Assembly (NCBI RefSeq): GCF_000392435.1
Contig: NC_021219.1
Location: forward strand, 840,001 to 872,000
Reading direction: 5' to 3'
Source: Candidatus Saccharimonas aalborgensis
GTDB lineage: Bacteria > Patescibacteriota > Saccharimonadia > Saccharimonadales > Saccharimonadaceae
DNA length: 32,000 nucleotides
The notes beneath the pieces are model-generated. The model saw only the letters and a program-made list of their open reading frames with translations, was not told the origin of the DNA and made no database searches. Each line of letters opens with the position of its first letter. The first letter of the stretch is position 1. Positions 1-8,289 of the stretch are shown here, in pieces. A program made the position numbers and the translations under genes.

Positions 1-332
1 TCGAGAAACGCTGAAAATGCCTGGCTGTCCTGCTGGCGGCTACCCCCTGAGAGTACGGGCACAAAGGATGCTTCTGGCAAGAGGTGCGCGGAGCGCGAGA
101 CCGCCTGCCAGTTTGAGTGGTTATCCTTGATGGGTACGTAGCGTTCATCGCTCAGGGTGATTGTCAGACTATGCTGATATGGCAGAAGTGCCCTAAAAAG
201 TGGTTCTATAGCCTGGCTCGCCGAACCACCCGGCAGCAGCAGAAGAACCTTATTGCCACTATCATGAGCCGCTCGAACTGCTCGCTCTATAGCATCAATG
301 AGTTGTTGGGTAACAGGAGTAAGCTGGGTCAT

Positions 333-968
333 TTAGTGGAGCACATCGATTACAAGTGGTGTGGTATTATCCCAGCTCGTATCGACATAGAGCAGCAATG
401 TGTCAGCTTTTTTTGGAACGGCAAAGCTGATCTGTCCCGTAGCTGTTGCTCCCGGTGCGAGGTCCTGGGCGGCGATGGGATTCTTAACATGCATTGAAGC
501 GTGGAGTGCCGAGTATTCTCCCTCGGGGGTTCGGACAAACAACTGGTTGACGGGAATAAACGGCTTCGCCGTAGAAGTACGATTGGTAATCGTAAAACTC
601 ATGATGAGCATTGTTTTGCCTTCTTCGACTCCGAAAGCGGGGTCTTCGGCACTATTTATGGTGACGTCCCTGACCGATGCCTCAAATGCACTGTTGAATG
701 TAGGGTCGAGAGTTTTTGTGACATGCGTCGTCGCGGCCGAAACGGCGACAGCTCGTAGTTTGCTCTCGTTTTGTTTGGTGACTTCTACCCAAAAAAGCGT
801 ATTGATGACCACTAGAGCGGCAATGCCAAGCACCAGTGTTCCCATAAGGAGACTATTCTCATCGGTAAAGCGACGAAAACGACCATATTCTTTTTTTAAT
901 TCGCCTACTTCATCCGCAATGAACTCAGCGGGGGTGGTGTGTTTTTTGTGAAATAGTTTACGCATCAC
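333..968 (-). CDS. Membrane-anchored DUF4352-like protein (211 aa)
   Basis: Supplied ORF; one N-terminal TM segment (LLMGTLVLGIAALVVINTLFW) followed by an extracellular beta-rich domain (MLIMSFTITNRTSTAKPFIPVNQLFVRTPEGEYS...) typical of DUF4352/telokin-like domains; starts 8 nt after the upstream gene ends. Confidence 0.7.
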   Translation of the reverse strand: MMRKLFHKKHTTPAEFIADEVGELKKEYGRFRRFTDENSLLMGTLVLGIAALVVINTLFWVEVTKQNESKLRAVAVSAATTHVTKTLDPTFNSAFEASVRDVTINSAEDPAFGVEEGKTMLIMSFTITNRTSTAKPFIPVNQLFVRTPEGEYSALHASMHVKNPIAAQDLAPGATATGQISFAVPKKADTLLLYVDTSWDNTTPLVIDVLH

Positions 969-976
969 ATCTCCTT

Positions 977-3430
977 TTATGGTTTGGTTGCATCATAATA
1001 CCCCACACGGTACCCGAGTAAGAGGCTGCTAGCAGAATTGTTGATGGTGGCACTGCCGTGCGCGTGAGTAGTTGCTCCGCCGCTATCCTGATAACCTGGT
1101 ATGCTTGCGGTACCTCTAAGAATCGTATTGATACTGTGATTACATGTGGCAGAAGTGTTCTCAAGTGTAGAGGTGGAGCCAGATTTAATGCCTCCCTTGT
1201 GTGTTGGCCGGAAGCTTGTGATGTTGACAACCCAGGTAGTGTTCCAACCCCAACAGTTGCCAATGGTACTGTGTGCGGCGAGATCGGTCGGTCCATAGCA
1301 AGGCGTTAGTCCGCCGCAATACACTGGTGCGGGGTCACTTACGGTAAGGTTGGTGCTGTTTGATGTGGTACCACCAGCGTTTGAGCAGCTAAGTGAATAC
1401 ACGTAGGTGCCTGCCGGTGATACGGCGCCGGTAGACTGTGATCCGCTGGCTGCTTTGCTACCAGACCAGTTGCCACCAGCTGTGCAGCTGGTGGGGCTAT
1501 TGGCTACGCTCCACGATACCGTAGCACTTCCACCTGTTGTAATACTGGATGGCGAAACAGAGATACTTATAGCAGGAGGGGTTACGACTGTAACGGTTGC
1601 AGAACCACTCCCAGAGCCTGAGGAGTTTGTGCACGTTAGTGTGTAGGTATAGGTACCGGCAGTTCCAATTGCTCCCGTGCTTGCTGAGCCATTAGCGCTT
1701 TGGCTACCGCTCCAGGAACCGCTACTTGTACAACTAGTGGGTGCATTTGTGGCAGACCATGTGAGCGTGCTAGCTGCGCCCGTGGCAATTGTTGTTGGTG
1801 AGGCGGTAATCGATACTGCGGGGGGATTCGAGGAAGTGCCGTTACTTACTGTGACGCTTGTACTTGCGCTCCCCGTTCCTCCGTCATTATTACAATCAAG
1901 GGTGTAGTTGTAGGTGCGGATCGTACCGAGACCACCAGTACTTACTGAGCCGCTCGCTGCTTTTGCTCCCGACCAGTCACCACTCGCATTACAGCTCAGC
2001 GGCGTGTTGGTCGTCGACCAAGTGAGGTTGGATGAACCGCCTATCGTGACCGATATAGGGCTTGCTGATAAGTTGACAACGGGTTTTGGCGGCAATGAAA
2101 CAACCAGTGTTGTGCTTCGTTTTGCGCTTGTCCCTCCCTGGTTACTGCACTGAAGCTCGTATAGATAGTTGCCCGCCGAATTCATCGTCCCTGTATTAAG
2201 CGATCCACTCGCTGTTTTCGCGCCGCTCCAAGCGCCAGTTGCTGTACAACTCGTGGGATTATTGGTCGATGACCACGAGATGGTTGATGTCGCACGTGTA
2301 TAGATGGGAGAAGGGCTAACGGTGATCGAGACATCGGGGGGATTTGGGATTACCTGCAGCGCTGCGGTGTCAAAGGTTCCTCCGGCGGCATTGCTGCAGG
2401 TTAATGTAAATAGGTAGGTTTTTATTGTGCTCAGTCCTGCCATGACTTGTGATCCACTCGCTGCTTTTGCGCCTGACCAGTCACCGCTTGCAACACAACT
2501 GGTCGGAGCATTGCTTACAGACCACGAGAGTGTGGTACTAGCGCCAGGAACAATAGGCCCAGGTGGAGTGGCGGCGATTGTAACAATAGGAATATCTGCT
2601 GGCGGCGTACGCGCCTCGACGGTAGTTGTTGCTGAGCTGGAACCAGCTGCGTTTGAACACTTGAGCGTGTAGGTATAATTGCGTGTTTGAGTAAGTGAGC
2701 CTGTCGAGATACTACCGTCGCCACTTTTGGTACCACTCCAATCACCACTGGCTGTGCAGCTGGTGGGGCTACTGGTCGTTGACCAAATAATTTGCGTCGA
2801 GCTGCCGGTATACACCCAGCTATCAGTAGGCGCTATCGTCACGATGGGCGCGCGAGCTGCATTTCCTGTGACGGTACGGGACATCGACCCTACACCGACA
2901 GTTGCAAACCCCGTCCCAGTATCGGTCTTACAGGTGAGCGTAAAGAGGTAGGTTTGGACGGTCGTCAGCGCTGGAGTGTCTTCTTCGCCAGAAGCAGCCC
3001 GGGCTCCCGACCAATCGTCGCTGGCGATACATTCCTTAGGATTATTGGTAACGCTCCACTTTAGCCTACTTTTTCCACCAGTTACCACTGACGCGGGATC
3101 GGCAGTAAGAGTGACGACTGGCGGATTAGTGCCCGATGTCCCACCCTTTCCCTGCTCTACATTTCCACCTGGATTTGCTGCATCGCTTTTTTTGGCTTCT
3201 TCTTGAAGTGCCTCTTGGTCATTTGCGGTGAGACCATGGTCTTTACTAAACTCCTTGTTGGTACTGAGATAACTAAATATAGCAAACGAAACCATACTAA
3301 TAATCATTATTGCTGAGGCAACAGCAATCAGGAGCTTCACTGCCTTCGGGCTGAGCTTCGGCAGACGGAACCTTGGCGGTTTGGAATCAAGTGGTGTCTT
3401 GATCTTAGCAACAAATGGATCCAGTGGCAC
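977..3430 (-). CDS. Membrane-anchored surface protein with seven tandem Ig-like/PKD-like repeats and a C-terminal cytochrome b5-like domain (817 aa)
   Basis: N-terminal TM (LLIAVASAIMIISMVSFAIF); seven ~80-aa repeats of the form PPxVSITxSPxxIxTGxxSTLxWSxTNxPTSCTASGxWSGxKxASGSxSTGxxxxxxTYxYTLxCSNxxG, each with two Cys; C-terminal CYGPTDLAAHSTIGNCWGWNTTWVVNITSFRPTHKGG...HAHG...LLLGYRVGYYD resembles the cyt b5 pattern (AxHN..xCW..xxxVxDVTxFxxxHPGG...HS..A...Yx(I/V)G). Confidence 0.75.
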   Translation of the reverse strand: MPLDPFVAKIKTPLDSKPPRFRLPKLSPKAVKLLIAVASAIMIISMVSFAIFSYLSTNKEFSKDHGLTANDQEALQEEAKKSDAANPGGNVEQGKGGTSGTNPPVVTLTADPASVVTGGKSRLKWSVTNNPKECIASDDWSGARAASGEEDTPALTTVQTYLFTLTCKTDTGTGFATVGVGSMSRTVTGNAARAPIVTIAPTDSWVYTGSSTQIIWSTTSSPTSCTASGDWSGTKSGDGSISTGSLTQTRNYTYTLKCSNAAGSSSATTTVEARTPPADIPIVTIAATPPGPIVPGASTTLSWSVSNAPTSCVASGDWSGAKAASGSQVMAGLSTIKTYLFTLTCSNAAGGTFDTAALQVIPNPPDVSITVSPSPIYTRATSTISWSSTNNPTSCTATGAWSGAKTASGSLNTGTMNSAGNYLYELQCSNQGGTSAKRSTTLVVSLPPKPVVNLSASPISVTIGGSSNLTWSTTNTPLSCNASGDWSGAKAASGSVSTGGLGTIRTYNYTLDCNNDGGTGSASTSVTVSNGTSSNPPAVSITASPTTIATGAASTLTWSATNAPTSCTSSGSWSGSQSANGSASTGAIGTAGTYTYTLTCTNSSGSGSGSATVTVVTPPAISISVSPSSITTGGSATVSWSVANSPTSCTAGGNWSGSKAASGSQSTGAVSPAGTYVYSLSCSNAGGTTSNSTNLTVSDPAPVYCGGLTPCYGPTDLAAHSTIGNCWGWNTTWVVNITSFRPTHKGGIKSGSTSTLENTSATCNHSINTILRGTASIPGYQDSGGATTHAHGSATINNSASSLLLGYRVGYYDATKP

Positions 3431-3459
3431 TAGTATGATTCCCCTTTAGCTTATTAGTA

Positions 3460-4008
3460 TCAGTGTAACAAGAATTTCATTGCTCCGCCACTCCAATCTG
3501 ACTCGATGTAAAGCCAGAAGGGTATGGTATCAGACACGAGATAACTGAGCTGGCCGTTGATTCGTTCCCCTGGAAGCAACGTGCCTGCTCGGAGTGGGGT
3601 ATCAAGAACGGAGGGGGTAACAAAGGCAACTGTCCCATCGGCAGACTTCAGATAGGTATCATTTGTCGGGGTGATTGTGATAGGGGTAGCGCCTGTATTG
3701 AGGATCAAAAGATCGATAACCTCGAAATGTTTACCCGTCGGTGCGGCGTAGGGGGCTTTGCCTTGGGTTTGGGTGACCTTAGTCACAGTGATCTCTACCA
3801 CCCCACTTCGCACCGGTGAGCCAAGTGTTAACCCGTGAAAACTAGGCCCGGCAATTGTTGGGTGTGTGATTCGATAACTAACACTTAGTACTGTAAAAGA
3901 AGTAATGCACAAGAGAAGAGAGATGACAAAAAACACCTGAGAGAATCGAGAGAGTCCAGTAGTATGCCGACGCGAGTGGTTATGGTTTTTTTGCATCGTA
4001 GTATCCAA
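3460..4008 (-). CDS. Membrane-anchored DUF4352-like protein (182 aa)
   Basis: Single TM (VFFVISLLLCITSFTVLSVSY) plus DUF4352-like beta domain; start overlaps the end of the upstream gene. Confidence 0.65.
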   Translation of the reverse strand: MDTTMQKNHNHSRRHTTGLSRFSQVFFVISLLLCITSFTVLSVSYRITHPTIAGPSFHGLTLGSPVRSGVVEITVTKVTQTQGKAPYAAPTGKHFEVIDLLILNTGATPITITPTNDTYLKSADGTVAFVTPSVLDTPLRAGTLLPGERINGQLSYLVSDTIPFWLYIESDWSGGAMKFLLH

Positions 4009-4735
4009 TAAAGAATGATGTCATATTGCGTTCAGCGTTTGATTTACTGGCGTTGCTATGGTTTCTTGTCTGGCCTTCGGCACCGACACTACCCCCTAGG
4101 GCATTTGCAAGGTTCGTACCGCATACACCACCTACTTCTATGCTTGAGATGCCACTCTTAGCACGATGAAATGCCGCATCAAATCCAGAAATATTGATGA
4201 CGCGATTACCGTTATATCCCCAACAGTTGCCGCTGGAATTGTGTGCAGCAACCTCGCGCGGTCCGTAGCAGCTGCTTGCCCCGTTGCAGTAGGTAACGGT
4301 TGGAGTACCAGGCGATGATGGGGCTGTGGGCGTTGTGGGTGGAGAAACAGCACCAGTTTTAACTGTTACGGTGACAGTTTGTTTGGCCTCTCCTGCTGCA
4401 TTTTTGCAGATAAGAGCATATGTGAAGATACCTTCTTTTGCGAGCCGACCCGTGCTTTGGCTGCCAAAAGCTGTCTTTTGGCCCTCCCATGATCCTTCCC
4501 CACGGCAACTATCGACGGTACCCTCGACAGACCACGTCAGACTACTAAACGAACCAGTCGCCACTTGTTGAGGTTGTGCCGAAAAGGTAATAACTGGTAT
4601 CGCCAAAGAAGCTTGCTGCGTTGCGCTGAGCTCCCTACCACTCTTCGATGGAGCGAAGATACCAGCGATAGCGATGCCGTTCATCCCGACGAGAGTGATA
4701 ATCATACTGACGGCAACAAGTTTCTTTAGCCACAT
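3980..4735 (-). CDS. Membrane-anchored protein with one Ig-like repeat and a C-terminal cytochrome b5-like domain (251 aa)
   Basis: N-terminal TM/signal, one repeat of the same family as in 977-3430 (FSAQPQQVATGSFSSLTWSVEGTVDSCRGEGSWEGQKTAFG...TYALICKNAAG), C-term CYGPREVAAHNSSGNCWGYNGNRVINISGFDAAFH...CG...NHSN...FFIGYYDAKKP paralogous to the C-term of the 817-aa protein. Confidence 0.75.
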   Translation of the reverse strand: MWLKKLVAVSMIITLVGMNGIAIAGIFAPSKSGRELSATQQASLAIPVITFSAQPQQVATGSFSSLTWSVEGTVDSCRGEGSWEGQKTAFGSQSTGRLAKEGIFTYALICKNAAGEAKQTVTVTVKTGAVSPPTTPTAPSSPGTPTVTYCNGASSCYGPREVAAHNSSGNCWGYNGNRVINISGFDAAFHRAKSGISSIEVGGVCGTNLANALGGSVGAEGQTRNHSNASKSNAERNMTSFFIGYYDAKKP

Positions 4736-4746
4736 ACATCTACCTC

Positions 4747-6150
4747 CTATGACATTCCAAATTCTTCGCTATGAATACTTGTGGCAGGAACACCACGTGC
4801 TCTCAGCTGCTTCTTGAGAGATTGCATCATGGGAGGTGGTCCACAGATGTAGAAGTCCTTTCCCTCCAATCCCCCACTGTTCTCGGCAATAAAATCAACG
4901 CTGAGATAGCTCGGTTGCTTATCGCCAATAAAGGGAATAATACGCAAATTGTTCGGTGCGCCAACGGCTTGCTCGGAGAGCATATCCCAGTTGATAAGCT
5001 CGGATTCGGTTTTGACCGAATAGTATAGGTCGGCATGTGCATTACTGCCCACGATATCCTTTGACATCGACAGAAAAGGCGTTATACCTATCCCGCCAGC
5101 AATCCAAATTTGCTGAGTGTTCTTGTAATTGACGTAACTGAAACGTCCGTAGGCGCCCTCGATATCGGCATGTGTCCCGGCTTTGAGGGCTGTCAGTTTG
5201 TTGGTATAATCCCCGAGACCTTTGATACTGATCTCGAGCGCACTATCTTTTGGATTTGAACTAATCGAAAATGGATGCCATTCCTTAGAGATTCCCGCAC
5301 CAGCTCCGATGAAGCGCATAAACACAAACTGACCGGGCTTGTAGGATATCGGTTGCCCGACGGGTTCAAGCTTGATTTGCACGACATTCCCAGCGACAAC
5401 AGTAACATCGCGGACGATATAGCGGTAGCGTCGGATGAGGATGCGTCCCAGTAGTGATTTGTAGACAAAAGCAGCTGTCCCCATAATGACGATCGCAAGC
5501 ATATACCAGCGCAAGCCAGGCAATTTCGCGACGTCACTGCTGATAAACAAAATATGCAGGGCGGAAATGGCAAACGCTACGCCCAGAAACTTATGAGTAA
5601 ATAGCCAGAATCTATACGGTAGTTTAATGAAAAATGTGATCAGCAGTAGGGCTACCATGCCCCAAAATGCGATGATGCCAAAAAAGATTGCCCATTGTTG
5701 CAGCACTGATTGGTGAAAAATATGATTGTCATCAAATAACGCTTGAAGTGGGAAAATACCGTTTGGTACAAGGAGAAGTGCTGCCTGCTTGATGTCGGTC
5801 GAAACAAATCGAAGCGCTAGCATGAGTGGATGAAATGACAGCATGATAAGGGCTAGACCGCCCAAGAGGTGATGTGCGATATATACTCGGTTGAGCCCAC
5901 CAAACAAATACTCGAGGAAACGCAACCTCGTTGCATAAAGAAGGTTAAGCGCGTACATGACGGTGCCGATAAGCCCTGTCACTTGCCCTAGCGCTAGCAT
6001 CACTTGCTCGGGTCGCTTGATATAACTCAGCGGATGGGCGTTGTGCCACAGAACAACGGGAATGATGCAGAGCAAAATAGTGATGCCCCAGCCCAAGAGG
6101 TACTCCCATCGAAAACTAATTATGACTGTTCGTTTGCCACTTGGTTGCAT
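4747..6150 (-). CDS. Ferric reductase-like / NADPH-oxidase-like transmembrane flavocytochrome (467 aa)
   Basis: Multiple TM helices with paired His (HHLLGGLALIMLSFHPLML and HKFLGVAFAISALHILF), FAD-binding motif (YKPGQFVFMRF ... EWHPFSISSNP), NAD(P)H-binding motifs (WIAGGIGITPFLS ... FYICGPPPMM) and C-terminal EEFG. Confidence 0.9.
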   Translation of the reverse strand: MQPSGKRTVIISFRWEYLLGWGITILLCIIPVVLWHNAHPLSYIKRPEQVMLALGQVTGLIGTVMYALNLLYATRLRFLEYLFGGLNRVYIAHHLLGGLALIMLSFHPLMLALRFVSTDIKQAALLLVPNGIFPLQALFDDNHIFHQSVLQQWAIFFGIIAFWGMVALLLITFFIKLPYRFWLFTHKFLGVAFAISALHILFISSDVAKLPGLRWYMLAIVIMGTAAFVYKSLLGRILIRRYRYIVRDVTVVAGNVVQIKLEPVGQPISYKPGQFVFMRFIGAGAGISKEWHPFSISSNPKDSALEISIKGLGDYTNKLTALKAGTHADIEGAYGRFSYVNYKNTQQIWIAGGIGITPFLSMSKDIVGSNAHADLYYSVKTESELINWDMLSEQAVGAPNNLRIIPFIGDKQPSYLSVDFIAENSGGLEGKDFYICGPPPMMQSLKKQLRARGVPATSIHSEEFGMS

Positions 6151-6221
6151 AAGCGTCTTTCATAGAAAAGTATAGCATAGCGTCTGTCATCTGGTGAAGA
6201 AGTTGCGGAAATTGCCTCAGG

Positions 6222-7472
6222 CTAACCATCCATGGTCTTTTTGATAAGCTGCATACGCTTCAATCTGGCTATCGCAATGAGCATAAATGGCCATGTCAGC
6301 ACTATCATCCAGACCCCCTGCCCTACTGCACCGATGATACCAATCTGCTGTGCTATGCCCGCAAACAGAAGTGTTAGCCACACCTCGTGGATGAGTTTGA
6401 AATTGTTAGTGACCGATAGGAGTGTGGCCTTGTAACGACTGGAACCAAATAATTCTAACAAATAGTGCTGATACATAATACTTTGGTATCGCCACATTGC
6501 CATATTGATAACGTGTGCCGCTATCGCTAGCGGCAACGACTTGAAGAAGCCAATTGAAGTCATCATGAGGATATTCATTATGATATCGAGAGAGGCGTAC
6601 TGCTGAAATGTAAGGCGTCGGAGATGGTGGACAATGTAGCCCAAGGCGGCTCCTATGATACTCGGCGCGGCGTAGAGAAGTCCCATATATTGCGGGTTGA
6701 GACCAAGTGCAACGAAACTTAGGTTGTATAAATCAACCGGACTAGTGGCGAAGGCCATTACGAGTCCCGCAATACTAAAGGACCAGACCGTACGTCGAGT
6801 AACAACTTGGCGAATTGCCCGCAAAAACGAAGTGTGCTGAATGCTGTCTTCATGCGTAATGGGCGGCTCGGTAAAAAGCGACGCAATCGCGAATAAAACG
6901 CCGTATGCAATCACGCCTGCTATAAATGGCAAACGTTTGTCAACTGGATACAGCAGCGGAATAAGTGCAATAATTCCTGCGTTGACGATAAGACTAAGTG
7001 ACTATGCCCGTGCTGCAATCTTTGCATAATCACTAGCGTTGCTGAGTACAACGAGACTATCATGTACCAGTGCATCAACAGCGCCACTCATAAACGAGTA
7101 GCCAATTGCAGTGATGACTGACGCCAGCAAAATACCAGTGAAGTTTGGTAGGAATATGTAGCAGAGTGTCCCAATAAGCGCAAGCAGCGCACCGACACGT
7201 GCACTGCGTTTTCGGCCGTATATATCCGCTCAATAGCCTGTCATTGTCTCAAACAAAATGCTTGCTACGCTTCCGGCAGCGGCCGTAACGCCTATTTCTG
7301 AGATACTGAGGCCGATTCCCTGGCTTGCATAAATGGTGATGAGGGGTAGAAAGATACGCTTTGTAAATACCTTATAGACGCCAAATAGTCGAACATTACG
7401 GAGCATCTTTTGCGAGAGGTTGAGTGGCACTATGTCAGTATAGCAGGTACTATTTGGCGCTCCCAACAACAA
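6222..7472 (-). pseudogene. MFS transporter, interrupted by two in-frame stop codons
   Basis: ORFs 7230-7472 and 6222-6932 are in the same frame (start difference 540 nt). The intervening sequence translates in frame as ...ETMTGY*ADIYGRKR...DALVHDSLVVLSNASDYAKIAARA*SLSLIVNAGIIALIPLLYPVDKRLPFIAG..., with stops at 7230-7232 (TGA) and 7002-7004 (TAG). The likely original start is the ATG near 7406. Confidence 0.85.
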
Positions 7473-7614
7473 GGTTCACTCATGTTATATGAAAGAATTA
7501 TTGTCGAATTGAATTATGAAATGTCTAAGCCAGTCCACGCGTTGACAAAGAAAAACAGAGACGACACGGGGTTGGGCTGTGCTGTCTCTGTTATATCAGG
7601 CTTTATCTACGGTA

Positions 7615-8052
7615 CTAATACCAGTCCCACAACGCTGATCCAGGTATCGAGTCGGCCGTATAACCCCAATAAGTGTGTATGTTATTGTGCCATGCGTATG
7701 CCGAAAAGCTGCCCCATGTTTTAGGACCAACAATTCCATCAACTGGCATTTGATAGCTATGCCAACTGTTTACCCACCTCTGGAACACCTTAACGTTATT
7801 GTAGGTATTTGTGCCAAATTTTCCATCAACAACTAGGTAGTAACCACCACTGTATCCATTGCCACTCCAAGTGCCGGCTTCTGATTGCATTGCATTTAAC
7901 ATTGTTTGGATATATCGAACACAATCACCGCTTGAGCTTTTCGAGAAAGTCATTGTATTGCACGCCGATGACGCATGTGCGGTAGTTGGTGCGTATGTCA
8001 CAAACACTAAAGCTAAAGACAACGCAGCTGCTACAAGTTTAGTTCTAAGCAT
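7615..8052 (-). CDS. Secreted protein with peptidoglycan-binding (PG_binding_1-like) domain (145 aa)
   Basis: Signal peptide (MLRTKLVAAALSLALVFVTYAPTTAHA) and a pattern GDCVRYIQTMLNAM...VDGKFGTNTYNNVKVFQRWV...VDGIVGPKTW. Confidence 0.85.
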   Translation of the reverse strand: MLRTKLVAAALSLALVFVTYAPTTAHASSACNTMTFSKSSSGDCVRYIQTMLNAMQSEAGTWSGNGYSGGYYLVVDGKFGTNTYNNVKVFQRWVNSWHSYQMPVDGIVGPKTWGSFSAYAWHNNIHTYWGYTADSIPGSALWDWY

Positions 8053-8161
8053 ATTTTTCCTTTAATACCCTAAGTTAATATAAGGATCATTATACTAAAC
8101 TTTTGATTAATGTGAAGTTTTCGATAAATGTCTAGATGGAATATTCTCCGGTTGACCTTAT

Positions 8162-8253
8162 GGGAATACCTAGTTTATGCCAAGCCGAGCCTTCAAGTGA
8201 CGGGGCAATAGCGAACTGCAAGACGGGTTCGATTCCTCCGAGTAGAACTCGGC
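8162..8253 (+). repeat. Copy A of a ~90-nt intergenic repeat with a tRNA T-arm-like string
   Basis: gggcaatagcgaactgcaagacgggttcgattcctccgagtagaactcggc matches 13492-13542 with a few substitutions; shared gggaata(c) at the 5' end; contains ccgagt-aga-actcgg hairpin. Confidence 0.8.
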
Positions 8254-8289
8254 GCAAACACCCCTGTAAAAGTAGAGGTGTTTGTGTGG

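Noticed and set aside
117-497. 126-aa plus-strand ORF at the window start
   Set aside because: No recognisable motifs, and it overlaps the end of the DUF4352-like gene; function and reality cannot be supported.
1407-2951. A run of plus-strand ORFs (1407-1646, 1677-1907, 1914-2153, 2427-2672, 2727-2951) with similar sequences such as LAAFAPDQSPLALQLVG
   Set aside because: They are antisense shadows of the repeated Ig-like domains on the minus strand; similarity reflects the repeat, not real genes.
977-3430. Periodic ~240-nt repeat considered as CRISPR or satellite DNA
   Set aside because: The period matches protein repeats in one long ORF; units are diverged and there are no short constant repeats with unique spacers.
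7002-7232. TGA in the MFS frame as possible Gly recoding (genetic code 25)
   Set aside because: A second in-frame TAG is also present, and TGA acts as a normal stop elsewhere (for example pyrH at 31616-31618).
7410-7724. 104-aa plus-strand ORF
   Set aside because: It overlaps the MFS pseudogene and the secreted PG-binding gene on the other strand, with no domain signal.
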